A DNA stretch of 64,000 nucleotides. Source: Acidobacteriota bacterium. GTDB taxonomy: Bacteria > Acidobacteriota > Thermoanaerobaculia > Thermoanaerobaculales > Thermoanaerobaculaceae. The stretch lies in the NCBI GenBank assembly GCA_003133645.1, contig PKYI01000159.1:11381-75380 (forward strand). The letters are read 5' to 3'. Shown one piece after another: positions 54,093 to 64,000 of this stretch (the first letter of the stretch is position 1; each line of letters opens with the position of its first letter). The notes beneath the pieces are model-generated. The model ran no database searches and was not told where the DNA came from. It saw nothing but the letters and a program-made list of their open reading frames with translations. Position numbers and translations under genes: made by a program.

Positions 54093-54650
54093 TCACCGTT
54101 GCCATTGATGCATTCGACGGGTGTCCGACCTCAAAAAGTCCTCGGAGTTGACAGACCCGTGGGCCGGCCGAGAGCCTCCGCGGACATCGACTCCCGCTGT
54201 TCGCCCAGAGCCGTCCAGAGTAGGTAGGCCTACGAGTAGTTGTTGGCGGCCTGGAAGCGGGCCTCGATCTGGTGGCAACCAGCCCCAATAGTCGCAGTCC
54301 CTTGTGCATGGCCCCTTGGGGTCCTGACGCCGACGCTCGCGTTCTTCCCGGACGTCGGCGAGGAGGACTCCACCGGTGGGGTCCCACGCGCAAACGTCCA
54401 AGTCGTGGGCACCGAGGGCCGCCAGTCCACGCGGAAGGAGGACGGCTGGGAACGCGGTTGTCCCGTGCAGCAGAACGCGATCCGTGGGCCGCTTTCGCAG
54501 AGACGGTGCAACCGTGCGAGCCAGGCGTAATCCCCAGCCAAGAGAGGCACCGGCCTTGTGCGCGACACCCGTGCTCGCAAAACGCACAGCAGCTTGGGCC
54601 AGCTGCGGTCGCACCGACGCCCGGAAGACGGCAGAGTGAATCGCTCTCAT
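54093..54650 (-). CDS. Hypothetical protein (weak call)
   Basis: 185-aa ORF whose TGA lies 6 nt upstream of the ATG of 52233..54086, so it could be co-transcribed. No recognisable motif and no TM helices. Confidence 0.3.
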   Translation of the reverse strand: MRAIHSAVFRASVRPQLAQAAVRFASTGVAHKAGASLGWGLRLARTVAPSLRKRPTDRVLLHGTTAFPAVLLPRGLAALGAHDLDVCAWDPTGGVLLADVREERERRRQDPKGPCTRDCDYWGWLPPDRGPLPGRQQLLVGLPTLDGSGRTAGVDVRGGSRPAHGSVNSEDFLRSDTRRMHQWQR

Positions 54651-54810
54651 TTGTCCGACAGTTTACCCCACCCTGAGGACGGTCAGACAACTCGGCGCAT
54701 CTCACATCCGCCAGTCGTCGCGCAAGCAACGCCATCCCCGCGTGCTGGCAGCGAACCCGACCGGCGGCGGCTTTCCGATGATAAAATACTATTAGTCTGG
54801 AGCGAAAGAG

Positions 54811-57324
54811 TTGGCGTTCAATGCTCTGTTTCAGCGCATGGCCGAGATTATCCGGCCCGAGGGTCTAGGCTCGGGCCTCGTCGCTGCAGCCGCGATGCTC
54901 TCCCTCGCGCGGCTCTGTCTGAGTCGTCGCCGGGTTTCTTGGCGAGCGCTTCCTGCTCCCCTTTTCGTTTTGTTGACGAGTGGCTGGCTGCTTGCGGCCT
55001 CGCTTGCGGGTGTCCCTGCGGTCCGCTGGTGGCCGGTCGGCGTTGTGGCGCTGGCCGTGCTCGGCGCCCACATGGCGGTTGGCGGGCGTGTGGCTGAGGA
55101 TCAGGAACAACTGGTGCCCCGGCGCGACTTGATTGTAGGGGTGTACCTGTTGGTTGCAACCGTGATCCTGACATTATTCCTATTCCGCGGACTTGGCGAC
55201 TACTCAGGCACCATGATGGTTTGGGAGCCTTCTGTGCTGAATGGATTCGGTCACGCACTCCGGGACCGGGTGGGTGTTACCGGGTACGCCTCGCACATGC
55301 TGCTGTGGAGCGAGGGACTCGTGAGCAACGGCGACCAGAGTTTCCTCTACGGTACGTCGACGTACGCTCTGCTGAATTGGTGTGGGGTGTCGCTGTTTAG
55401 CCTCCGGGTGGCTGCAGCCGTGCTCGCGTGGCTGTGTGTCCCGGCCGTGTTTTGGGCCGCACGGAGGCTCGGCGGGGTGTTCGTCGCGACCGCCGCGGCC
55501 GTTCTGCTGGCGTGCAGCGCCCCCCTGGTCTTTTACGGACGTTATGGGACCTCCCTTTCGGGCAGTCTTCTTGGTGTCGTTGTGGCGCTCGGGTGCTGCT
55601 GGCTCTTCCTCGAGAAACGAGGTGGCAGGTGGTGGAGCGGGCTCCTTTGCTCGGTCGCGCTCCTCGTCGCGACCCTTGGCTACTCACCAGCCCGTCTGGC
55701 TGTCCTCGTGCTTATTGGTGTCGTTGTGGGGGCTTCTTTGGCCCGATGGTGTCGCTTGGACCGGAGCCAGGTCTTCGGGCTCGTGGTGCTCATTACGATT
55801 TTGAGCGCTGCATTGTTCTTCCAGGTGAGGAGCGGGACTGCGAACCGCTTTCTCTCCGCCCGCGGTGAGCAACTCTTCACGATGTTGAAGCAACCTGGAT
55901 CCCTGCAGGAATACTGGAAAGGACCAACCTTACCCAGTAATCTGACGACCGGCGATCGCCTGGAGCTGATTCGGCACCTCTTGGGAAAGAGGCTTTCAGA
56001 GTATTTCTCCGTGCTTGGCCAGCCGCTCAAGGGTGCAGCAACGGTCGAAGGGGTGCTGGGGGGTGACCCGCCGGTGATGCCCTTGCTTTACGGCCCGCTT
56101 CTGCCATTTCTGATCTGGGGGTTCGCGATCTCACTCTGCAACGTGCGCTCGCTTCTCCACCAGACATTGCTTGCGTGGTTTGTGTTGGGTAGTGTGCCCT
56201 TGCTCCTCACCACGCGAGTTGACGCTCACCGTGCGCTCCTGCTTCTGATACCTTTGATATTTTGGGCGACTGTTGGCCTTCGCGAGGCTGCGAAAGTGAT
56301 GCGCTGTGCCGAGATACCGCTTTGCTGGCAGCACGTCCTTGTGGGAGCCCTCATTGCCACCGCAACACTTTCGAATGCCACGGTGCTCCAATACCCGACT
56401 CGACCGTCCCATTTGGCCGGTCAAGTCCTCGCCAAGGCGATCAGCTCGATGCAAGGGCCCGTCGTACTTGGTGCCACGATCGATCACCGGGAGGCGGGAG
56501 AAGCGAACCTGGCTCTGCTCGAGCGCATGCGGCGCAAGCCGACCGACCGCGGCTCCCTGCTTCATGAGGCCATTTTGCGCGCTCTTGAGGACAACCCCTC
56601 GCCACCGCCGAACCGGATCGACGAGTTGAAGGAGGCAATGATTGGCAGCACGTTGATCATGGCGCCGGCGGAAACCTTTGAGGCCGCCGCTGTGGCCTTG
56701 CAGCGGAGAGGATTCCGCGTTGCCGAACGCGGGCCGGCGGGAGCCAGGTTCGTGGTGGTGAGCCGCCCTTTGGCTTCAAGCGATTTAGCGAGTGGCTCCA
56801 GCCCTGGCAGCCAGGCGCCGTTCGTCACCCATCCTCCAGCGGTCGTGAGACTCCAATCCGGGCCGCAGGTCCTCCTGGACACCCTTGAGCCGGAGAAGGT
56901 CGAGTTCGGATTCGCGCCACCACGCATCAACCGGAGTTGGTCCGGTGACAAGCTGATGATTGGAGGCGTCGAATACAAGGAAGGAATCGGAACGCATGCC
57001 TGGTGCCGGATGACGTATCCAGTGCCGGACACCGCCAGAGCATTCCAGGCGTTGGTTGGACTGGATGACGATGCGCGTGGGTGCTCCGTTGCCCTGGTGA
57101 GCTTTGAACTGCAGGACGATCAGGGGCGGATGCTTTTCGATACCGGGCTGGTCGGGCCTGCGACGCCACCGAAGGTAATGTACGTGCCTCTGGCCGGACA
57201 GCGGTCGGTCACACTTGTAGTGACCGAGGGAGGGAACGGACGCGACTGCGACCACGCGGACTGGGTCGAACCGGCGTTCCTGTTGGGAGAGAAGGCGATC
57301 CAGAAGAGGCACACCAGGAAGTAG
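54811..57324 (+). CDS. Polytopic GT-C-like membrane protein fused to a C-terminal NPCBM (NEW2) carbohydrate-binding module
   Basis: N-terminal ~560 aa are multi-TM. The C-terminus IGGVEYKEGIGTHAWCRMTYPVP...FQALVGLDDDARGCSVALVSFELQDDQGRMLFDTG...VTEGGNGRDCDHADWVEPAF matches the NPCBM signature (G..Y.kGiG.Ha...Y.l...F.a.vG.Dd....F.v..D......g......DhAdW..a). TTG track start; the true start is uncertain. Confidence 0.65.
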   Translation: MAFNALFQRMAEIIRPEGLGSGLVAAAAMLSLARLCLSRRRVSWRALPAPLFVLLTSGWLLAASLAGVPAVRWWPVGVVALAVLGAHMAVGGRVAEDQEQLVPRRDLIVGVYLLVATVILTLFLFRGLGDYSGTMMVWEPSVLNGFGHALRDRVGVTGYASHMLLWSEGLVSNGDQSFLYGTSTYALLNWCGVSLFSLRVAAAVLAWLCVPAVFWAARRLGGVFVATAAAVLLACSAPLVFYGRYGTSLSGSLLGVVVALGCCWLFLEKRGGRWWSGLLCSVALLVATLGYSPARLAVLVLIGVVVGASLARWCRLDRSQVFGLVVLITILSAALFFQVRSGTANRFLSARGEQLFTMLKQPGSLQEYWKGPTLPSNLTTGDRLELIRHLLGKRLSEYFSVLGQPLKGAATVEGVLGGDPPVMPLLYGPLLPFLIWGFAISLCNVRSLLHQTLLAWFVLGSVPLLLTTRVDAHRALLLLIPLIFWATVGLREAAKVMRCAEIPLCWQHVLVGALIATATLSNATVLQYPTRPSHLAGQVLAKAISSMQGPVVLGATIDHREAGEANLALLERMRRKPTDRGSLLHEAILRALEDNPSPPPNRIDELKEAMIGSTLIMAPAETFEAAAVALQRRGFRVAERGPAGARFVVVSRPLASSDLASGSSPGSQAPFVTHPPAVVRLQSGPQVLLDTLEPEKVEFGFAPPRINRSWSGDKLMIGGVEYKEGIGTHAWCRMTYPVPDTARAFQALVGLDDDARGCSVALVSFELQDDQGRMLFDTGLVGPATPPKVMYVPLAGQRSVTLVVTEGGNGRDCDHADWVEPAFLLGEKAIQKRHTRK

Positions 57325-57459
57325 CTCTGAAAGTCGAAATACCAAGGCGCCGTCGTAGTTGGATCAATTCAACCATGCCCCGATGCTCTGACTTCTGCGC
57401 TCGGGCGGTTCCATCGCTGACCACACTTCGAGACACGTGGGCACACGTCATGCAGGCAG

Positions 57460-60400
57460 TCAGTGGTTGCCTGCGGGACTGAAGGCTTTCAGGGAGCCCT
57501 CGATGTCTGTAATCAACAGTTGGTCAGGCTGATCTCGCCGGGCGATACCTACTGGTTTATCCGAAGGCTGAAGACCGAGCGTTTGCCCCACGTACCCTGC
57601 AATCAGCGCACCGGTGTTTGAATAGCAGCGGACCACATGCGCCAGAGGCACGGTTACGAACAGCAAACCCTCGCCGGAAACCGCGACGTAGGGCTCGGAG
57701 AACACCTCGCGGCGCCAGCCGGGCACTGCAAACGCCGTCACGAGAGCGCCGTTGGCGTCGAAGACGGCGAGGCGGCCATGGTCGTTGTCGCAGACGTAGA
57801 CGCGACCGTGGGCGTCTAACGCGATGCCCGTCGGTGCCGCCAGCAGGTGGGGGTTCTCGGGCGCGCCACCGATGACCAGGTCGCTAACGCCGGCGGGCGT
57901 GAACCGCACGACGCGGTTGTTGCCGGTGTCCGCCACCCACACGTTGCCGCTCGCATCGACCGCGATCCCGCGGGGGCCATAGAGGTTGGTGCCGAACTCG
58001 CGGAGGTAGTGGCCGGCGGGATCGAAGACCTGCACGCGGCCGTTCCAGGTGTCGGCGACGTAGACGTTGCCGTCCGGACCGACCGCGACGTCGCAGGGGT
58101 CCTGGAACTCGCCCGGGGCGGTGCCTCGCCGGCCCCAGGCCGCCAGCGGCTTGAGGTCACGGTCGAACTTCTGGATGCGGCAGTTGCCGAAGTCGGCGAC
58201 GTAGACGTTGCCGGTGCGATCGCAGGCGATCCCCCGCGGCTGGCGGAGGACACCGATCGGGTCCTGGGCCGCGGCCTGCGGCGCCACGGCCTGGGGCTCC
58301 TCCGCGGTCTCGATGGTGAGCGGTGGCGGGGCCCCGATGGAGCTGCCGTTGACCGCGAAGATCGTGACGGCCGGGTTCCGGTAGACCGGGGTCAACAGGT
58401 CGGTCCACTTCGTGAAGTCGGCGAGGTTTCCACCCGCGTACGCCCTACGTTCGAGCGGCCCGACGTAGATCAGGGCGGCGTGGTAGCGCCGCAGCACCGC
58501 AGCCACCCTGGGCTCGTCCTTCGAGGTGAAGATCGTCTCGAGGTCGGCCTTACGGCGGTTGATCTCGGCCCAGCCGTGGCCGCGCTGGAACACGTGATAG
58601 TCCCAACCCAGCACGATCGGCAGCCCGGTGTTCATGGCGACGCGGGCGTACTCCCCGTACGAGGGCCCGTACGCTTCGACGAGGACCGGCAGCCCGGTCA
58701 CGTTGCGGTTGATCCATTCGAACGTCGCCAGCTCCTGCGGGTCGCTCCTCCTGAGGTAGGCGTTGCCGTCGAGCGTCCAGCGCGGACCCGCGGTGTGCCG
58801 GTGCGTCAGGGCGCCCCAGGCGCCCGACACCGAGGTGAACGCGGCCACCGCGACGGCCGCGCCGATGGTCCCCTGCCAGGCGAGCCGCCAGCCGGAGCGA
58901 GCCCTCCCGCCGCGGAAGAGCTCGCAGAGCACGGGGCCGGACGCGAGCCCGAAGAGGAGCCACGCCTCAAGGTAAAACTTAAACACCGTGTTCATGCGGT
59001 CCCAGACGAACACGAACTCGCACCCCGCGACGAGGGCGAACGCGAAGGTGGCGAGCAGGAGCAGGCGGCGGTGTCGCTCGGGCGTCGCGCGGTGCAACGT
59101 GAGGTAGATTCCGAACGCGGTCATCGCGAGCGCGAACGTGCGGATCGAGACCGCCTGGCGCAGGGAAAGGTGGGCGAGGGCGCCGAGGTCGAACAGGGAC
59201 AGCACGAGCGCGACGCCGGCGGCGATCATCCCGGCACGCCGCAAGCGGGTCAGCGACTGCCCGTCGGGCGCGAGGATGCGCCGCCACGTCAGGAAGAAGA
59301 ACGGCACCAAAATTGTCAGGAACAACCCGAAGATCGTGAACACGTCCCCGGGCCGGGCGTACGGGCCGACCTCTGCGCCCCACTGCCTGGCGGGGGGAGA
59401 GAACTGCCGCCAGAACGGCCGGAACGCCAGGACGGCGCCGCCGATCACGACCGCGGCCGGCAGGACCACCGAGGTGACGCCGGTGCGGATGCTCCGTACG
59501 AACCCGCCGCGCGTGCCGTGCGCGAGCCAGTCGGCGCCGAGAAGCGCCAGCAGGAGCCCGACGTAGGTCGGCAGACTCCAGCCGTTGGTCACGGTGATCG
59601 CGCCCAGCAGGAGCGCACACAGCGCCAGCAGCGCGGCCGAGGCGGTGCGCGGGCGGTGGTGGGTGGGCTCCGCGCGCCGGCCGAGCCACACGGTCACGAG
59701 GGCGACGAACCCCACCGCCCATGGGAGGACCAGCACGTGCGCGTGCAGGTCGGCGAAGACGAAGCTCCAGAAAGGGTACTCGTTGATCGTGTTGGGGATG
59801 ACGCGGGAGGTGGCCCAGAAGTAGTCGAAATTGACCGCATGCCGCGCCAGCAGCCCGCGCACGCCGGAGAGGTTGCCGAGCAGCAGCGTCAACCCTGCGG
59901 TCACGGCGCCGACCCGCCACCCGCCCCCCAGGAGCGCCCCGGCCGCGAACAGCGCCGCGGCGGCGAGGCCAGCCAGGACCGCGATGCCGAGGTTGAACAT
60001 CACCGCCGGGTGGATCGCGAGCGTCTTGCCGATCGCGGCGACCGTGTAGTGGCCGAAGTAGGTGTACATGAGGGGGGAGCCGGAGAACCACGGCTCGGGC
60101 GGGGGCAGGGTGCTCGCCCGGTAGAGCGTGTTGAGGAACGAGAAGTCCATCGGCTTCTCGCCCCAGAAGATCTCGGGGTTGAGCGCGCGCAGGAGCAGGA
60201 AGAGCGCGAACACCCCCCAGAACGCCGCCTCGCTCGCGACCACCTCGGCCCGGGAGGGGCCGGCCTCCCGCCACCGCCGGTGGGCGAACCAGCCGGCGGC
60301 GACGATGGCGAGCAGCGTGGTCCAGAGCACCGGCTGCGCGAACGAGGCCACCCCGAGGCTCACGGCGAGCCATGGGATGTAGGCGAACACGAGCACGCCG

Positions 60401-62238
60401 ACCACTTTGGCGAGCGCGTACAGGCCGGGCCTGGGGGGGAGCGCCCAGCGGGCCAGCGCAAACGCCGCGAGGCCGAGGACCTCGAGCAGGAGCGCGCACA
60501 GCAGTATCGCCGCGAGCGAGGAGCGGATCAGCCGGCCGCCGCCGGCCGGGGGCTCGCCGGCGCGCGCCAGCAGCATATCGGACCTCGACACGGGGTGGGA
60601 GGGGAGGGCGTTGAGGACCTTCCCCTCGATCGTGGCGGCCGCGAGTCGGCCGGTGTTGCGGAAGATCAGCGCCTTCGGGTGGTCGTAGACGGAAAACGAC
60701 TCGTCCGCGAGCTCGTCGGGCAGCTCGATCCCGAGAAGGGAAGGACGGGAGGCCACGTCCTTCACCAGCGTGTACCCGAGGTCGCCGGCGAACAGCTCGC
60801 GGAAGAAGTTGTTGGTCAGCGGATACCTGACCGGAGCGCGGGTGACCGCTCCGTACAGCCGCTTGGTCTGGAGGACCAGCCACTCCGACGCGGCGAGGTC
60901 GTCCGCCAGGCGCTTGATCTTCGCGGGCCCGTCCGCGTCGTAGAAGCCGAACGCCGTGACCTTGTAGCGATCGGCCGGGCGGCCCGGCAGCGAGAACGGA
61001 AAGCCCTCGTCCCAGTCCTGGATCAGCACCCGCGAGCCCGGGGCCGCATGGGTGTAGAACCATTCCGAGGCGGTCACCGCAGCGTGCGGCCTGGTGTAGA
61101 TCGCCAGGAACGCGAGCAGGTAGAGGGCCGTGCCGGCCACCACGGCGCCCCTGGCCCAGCGGCCGAGGGCGGCGCGCCCGGCCCACTCCTGCAGCCACGC
61201 GGCGCCCCAAAGCACGACGAGCGGGTAGATCGGCAGCAGGTAGCGCACGAACTTGACGTCGAACGAGCAGGTGATCGCGAAGAACGGGACCACCCAGGCG
61301 AGCAGCACCCACTCCGCGCCCGGGATCCCCCGGCCCCGGCGGAAGCGTCTGATGGTCCCGGCGAGCGCGGCAAGGCCCAGCAGCGGCCCCATCCCCCACA
61401 CGACCATCTCGCGCAGGTCGTAAAACACCTTGGGGACGCCGATGTACTGCGTCGTGTACGGCAGCAGGCCGGCGTGCCGCACCATCCCGCTCTGCTCGAG
61501 GATGTCGTGCAGCCACCCCCTGGCGTCGAGGAGGGCGTACGGCTCGCCACAGGCGAACGCGGCCGCCGCGCACGCGCACGCCAAGGCCAGACCGCCGAGG
61601 GCTCGCCTGACGGAACGGTCGTTCCGCGCCCGCATGGCGGCCGCGACGGCGAGCGGCAGGAGCAGGGGGAGCGCGCTGAACTTGGTTGCGACCGCCAGAC
61701 CGATGGCGGCGCCGGCCGCCGCGTACGCCGCCGGCCGGCCGCGCTGCACGATCTCCACCATGAGCGTCAGCGCGAGCAGGACCAGGAACGTGAGCGGCAC
61801 GTCGTTGGTGGCGAAGTGGGAGTTCTGGACGTGCAACACCGTGCCCGCGAGCAGCGCGCCGGCGAGCAAGCCGGTGCGCGCGCCGTAGAGCCGGCGCCCC
61901 AGCAGGACGAGTAGCAACACCGTGCCGGTCCCCCATAACGCCGAAAGCGCCCGGCCGGTGAGGACCGCACCGTCGTAGGTGGCGAACCAGCCCTTCACGT
62001 TCGCCAGTGTGGCCGTGACCAGCTTCGTCACGTAGAACGGGAACGAGCCGTAGGCGAAGAAGTGCGGGTTGAGCTGCAGCGGGTGGAACGAGAGCTGGGT
62101 CACCGCCTCGGCGATGCGCCGTTCGTCGGGGTGGTAGAAGTGAGACTGGTCGAAGTTGAGGCCGACGAGGCGGACGGCGAGAGCGAGGACGAGCAGCGCC
62201 AGGACGAGGCTCCGGTTTCGGGTCAACGCCGCGTTCAT
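57460..62238 (-). CDS. 1592-aa fusion: GT39/ArnT-like GT-C module + DUF2298 (YYY-type) membrane module + C-terminal NHL-repeat beta-propeller
   Basis: ATG at 62238 (MNAALTRNRSLVLALLVLALAVRL). GT39: FDQSHFYHPDERRIAEAV. DUF2298: FWGEKPMDFSFLNTLYRASTLPPPEPWFSGSPLMYTYFGHY. NHL repeats: GIACDRTGNVYVADFGNCRIQKFD, DVAVGPDGNVYVADTWNGRVQVFD, GIAVDASGNVWVADTGNNRVVRF, GIALDAHGRVYVCDNDHGRLAVFD. Confidence 0.8.
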   Translation of the reverse strand: MNAALTRNRSLVLALLVLALAVRLVGLNFDQSHFYHPDERRIAEAVTQLSFHPLQLNPHFFAYGSFPFYVTKLVTATLANVKGWFATYDGAVLTGRALSALWGTGTVLLLVLLGRRLYGARTGLLAGALLAGTVLHVQNSHFATNDVPLTFLVLLALTLMVEIVQRGRPAAYAAAGAAIGLAVATKFSALPLLLPLAVAAAMRARNDRSVRRALGGLALACACAAAAFACGEPYALLDARGWLHDILEQSGMVRHAGLLPYTTQYIGVPKVFYDLREMVVWGMGPLLGLAALAGTIRRFRRGRGIPGAEWVLLAWVVPFFAITCSFDVKFVRYLLPIYPLVVLWGAAWLQEWAGRAALGRWARGAVVAGTALYLLAFLAIYTRPHAAVTASEWFYTHAAPGSRVLIQDWDEGFPFSLPGRPADRYKVTAFGFYDADGPAKIKRLADDLAASEWLVLQTKRLYGAVTRAPVRYPLTNNFFRELFAGDLGYTLVKDVASRPSLLGIELPDELADESFSVYDHPKALIFRNTGRLAAATIEGKVLNALPSHPVSRSDMLLARAGEPPAGGGRLIRSSLAAILLCALLLEVLGLAAFALARWALPPRPGLYALAKVVGVLVFAYIPWLAVSLGVASFAQPVLWTTLLAIVAAGWFAHRRWREAGPSRAEVVASEAAFWGVFALFLLLRALNPEIFWGEKPMDFSFLNTLYRASTLPPPEPWFSGSPLMYTYFGHYTVAAIGKTLAIHPAVMFNLGIAVLAGLAAAALFAAGALLGGGWRVGAVTAGLTLLLGNLSGVRGLLARHAVNFDYFWATSRVIPNTINEYPFWSFVFADLHAHVLVLPWAVGFVALVTVWLGRRAEPTHHRPRTASAALLALCALLLGAITVTNGWSLPTYVGLLLALLGADWLAHGTRGGFVRSIRTGVTSVVLPAAVVIGGAVLAFRPFWRQFSPPARQWGAEVGPYARPGDVFTIFGLFLTILVPFFFLTWRRILAPDGQSLTRLRRAGMIAAGVALVLSLFDLGALAHLSLRQAVSIRTFALAMTAFGIYLTLHRATPERHRRLLLLATFAFALVAGCEFVFVWDRMNTVFKFYLEAWLLFGLASGPVLCELFRGGRARSGWRLAWQGTIGAAVAVAAFTSVSGAWGALTHRHTAGPRWTLDGNAYLRRSDPQELATFEWINRNVTGLPVLVEAYGPSYGEYARVAMNTGLPIVLGWDYHVFQRGHGWAEINRRKADLETIFTSKDEPRVAAVLRRYHAALIYVGPLERRAYAGGNLADFTKWTDLLTPVYRNPAVTIFAVNGSSIGAPPPLTIETAEEPQAVAPQAAAQDPIGVLRQPRGIACDRTGNVYVADFGNCRIQKFDRDLKPLAAWGRRGTAPGEFQDPCDVAVGPDGNVYVADTWNGRVQVFDPAGHYLREFGTNLYGPRGIAVDASGNVWVADTGNNRVVRFTPAGVSDLVIGGAPENPHLLAAPTGIALDAHGRVYVCDNDHGRLAVFDANGALVTAFAVPGWRREVFSEPYVAVSGEGLLFVTVPLAHVVRCYSNTGALIAGYVGQTLGLQPSDKPVGIARRDQPDQLLITDIEGSLKAFSPAGNH

Positions 62239-62266
62239 CGGCCGCGCATCACGCCCCGAGCATGGC

Positions 62267-63402
<1,136 letters not shown>

Positions 63403-63406
<4 letters not shown>

Positions 63407-64000
63407 CGTGCGCCTCCAGCCACAAGGACGATGGTGCCGGCCGCGGCGATCCAAACGACGACGGTGACCAGCAGGGCGCGGTCGCGGAACAAGGTCGCCG
63501 TCGGGTCCTGCGCACCCTCGCGGTGGAGCAGCAGGAGGTAGCGCATGATGCCGAACAGCACGAGCGGCACCGTGAGCAACAGCGCGTTGGAACCGCCGAG
63601 CTTGCGCGTCGTGTCGGGCGCGACCGTGTACAGGGTGTACGTCACGAGCGTGACGCCGGCGAGCATCGTCACCACGTCGTGGAGGTACGACAGCGGGTAG
63701 CGGGGCGCCCGGCCGCCTCCTCCGGTCGCTTCCGGGAGGCGCTTCCCGAACGCCAGCAGGAGCGCGAGCAGAAAACCGCACACAACCAGCCAGTGCGAGA
63801 TCGTGACCGGGATCGCGACCGCGCCGGCGACCAGACGCAACAGGAAGCCGGCTGCGACCGCCATCGCGTCCACGACCGCCAGCGACTTGAGGATCAACGA
63901 GTACAGCAGGGTGACGAGGACGTACCCGCCGAGCACGAGCGCCGCCGTGGCGCCGCCCTCCAGGCTCAGAGCCGCCGCCGCGGCGAAGAGAACGGCAGCC
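63403..64000 (-). CDS. UbiA-family prenyltransferase, decaprenyl-phosphate phosphoribosyltransferase (DPPR synthase)-like; 5' end beyond the window
   Basis: The frame is open to nt 64000. YSLILKSLAVVDAMAVAAGFLLRLVAGAVA and following TM helices resemble the C-terminal half of Rv3806c-type UbiA enzymes (from memory). Confidence 0.55.

Noticed and set aside
53962-54735. 257-aa minus-strand ORF and several 85-180-aa plus-strand ORFs in the 54.1-54.8 kb divergent region
   Set aside because: They are R/P/S-rich with no motifs. Only the 185-aa frame that abuts the downstream GT-C gene is kept, at low confidence.
57847-61914. 1355-aa ORF on the plus strand opposite the giant GT39-DUF2298-NHL gene. 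Similar long shadows occur at 27504-29228, 38926-41412, 42074-44050, 43885-45585, 46598-48760 and 58979-61936.
   Set aside because: All are R/G/E/D/P-rich and lack recognisable domains. Each overlaps a strongly supported gene on the other strand or in another frame. This is a typical GC-artefact pattern.

Overview
High-GC (judged by eye, not computed) bacterial chromosomal segment. All calls come from reading the supplied translations and sequence; no database search was run. The gene content (CarboxypepD_reg-type TonB receptor, tricorn protease, many GT-C enzymes) hints at an Acidobacteriota-like organism, but this is inference only.

Layout, left to right:
1. 1-8.4 kb: tricorn protease, a membrane protein and a MASE1/PAS hybrid histidine kinase.
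2. 8.4-10.9 kb: a lower-GC islet with an AbiEi/AbiEii type IV toxin-antitoxin pair, lying against the 3' end of tRNA-Ala(CGC).
3. 10.9-14.7 kb: DUF4097 protein, tRNA-Gly(CCC), bactofilin, zapA, a 6S RNA candidate and rny.
4. 15-22.8 kb: TetR regulator plus ABC-2 exporter, a secreted protein, glmS and an RNB-family ribonuclease.
5. 22.8-24.4 kb: a lower-GC HigB-like/HigA module. The toxin carries an in-frame premature TAG, and the antitoxin is fused to an ImmA/IrrE metallopeptidase domain.
6. 24.6-30.1 kb: four receiver-only response regulators, a Cys-motif PAS kinase and a DsrMK/HdrDE-like membrane redox pair.
7. 30.3-38.2 kb: a minus-strand acyl-condensation cluster with no ACP. It holds an SDR, two tandem KAS III paralogs with non-canonical active-site motifs, a membrane-anchored a/b-hydrolase, an AMP-ligase and an in-frame a/b-hydrolase::SCP-x thiolase fusion.
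8. 38.4-48.6 kb: TonB-dependent receptor, LPS-type genes (GT4, Trm112-like, O-antigen ligase) and the xseA-xseB-ispA-dxs operon.
9. 48.7-64 kb: an envelope glycosylation region. It contains a GT2, a duplicated GT2 3' fragment and four large GT-C-like membrane proteins (one fused to NPCBM, one a 1592-aa GT39-DUF2298-NHL fusion). A DUF362 protein and a UbiA/DPPR-synthase-like prenyltransferase complete it.

Non-coding structure is unusually rich:
- A REP-like ATTCCCGCG(N)CGCGGGAAT hairpin family (6 copies).
- A composite dispersed element of about 300 nt (2 copies).
- Dispersed heptanucleotide microsatellites, several of them canonical G-quadruplex motifs, one inside the AMP-ligase CDS.

The best candidates for something undescribed are the KAS III/thiolase-fusion cluster and the GT-C/UbiA glycosylation locus. 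Both claims are inferential.
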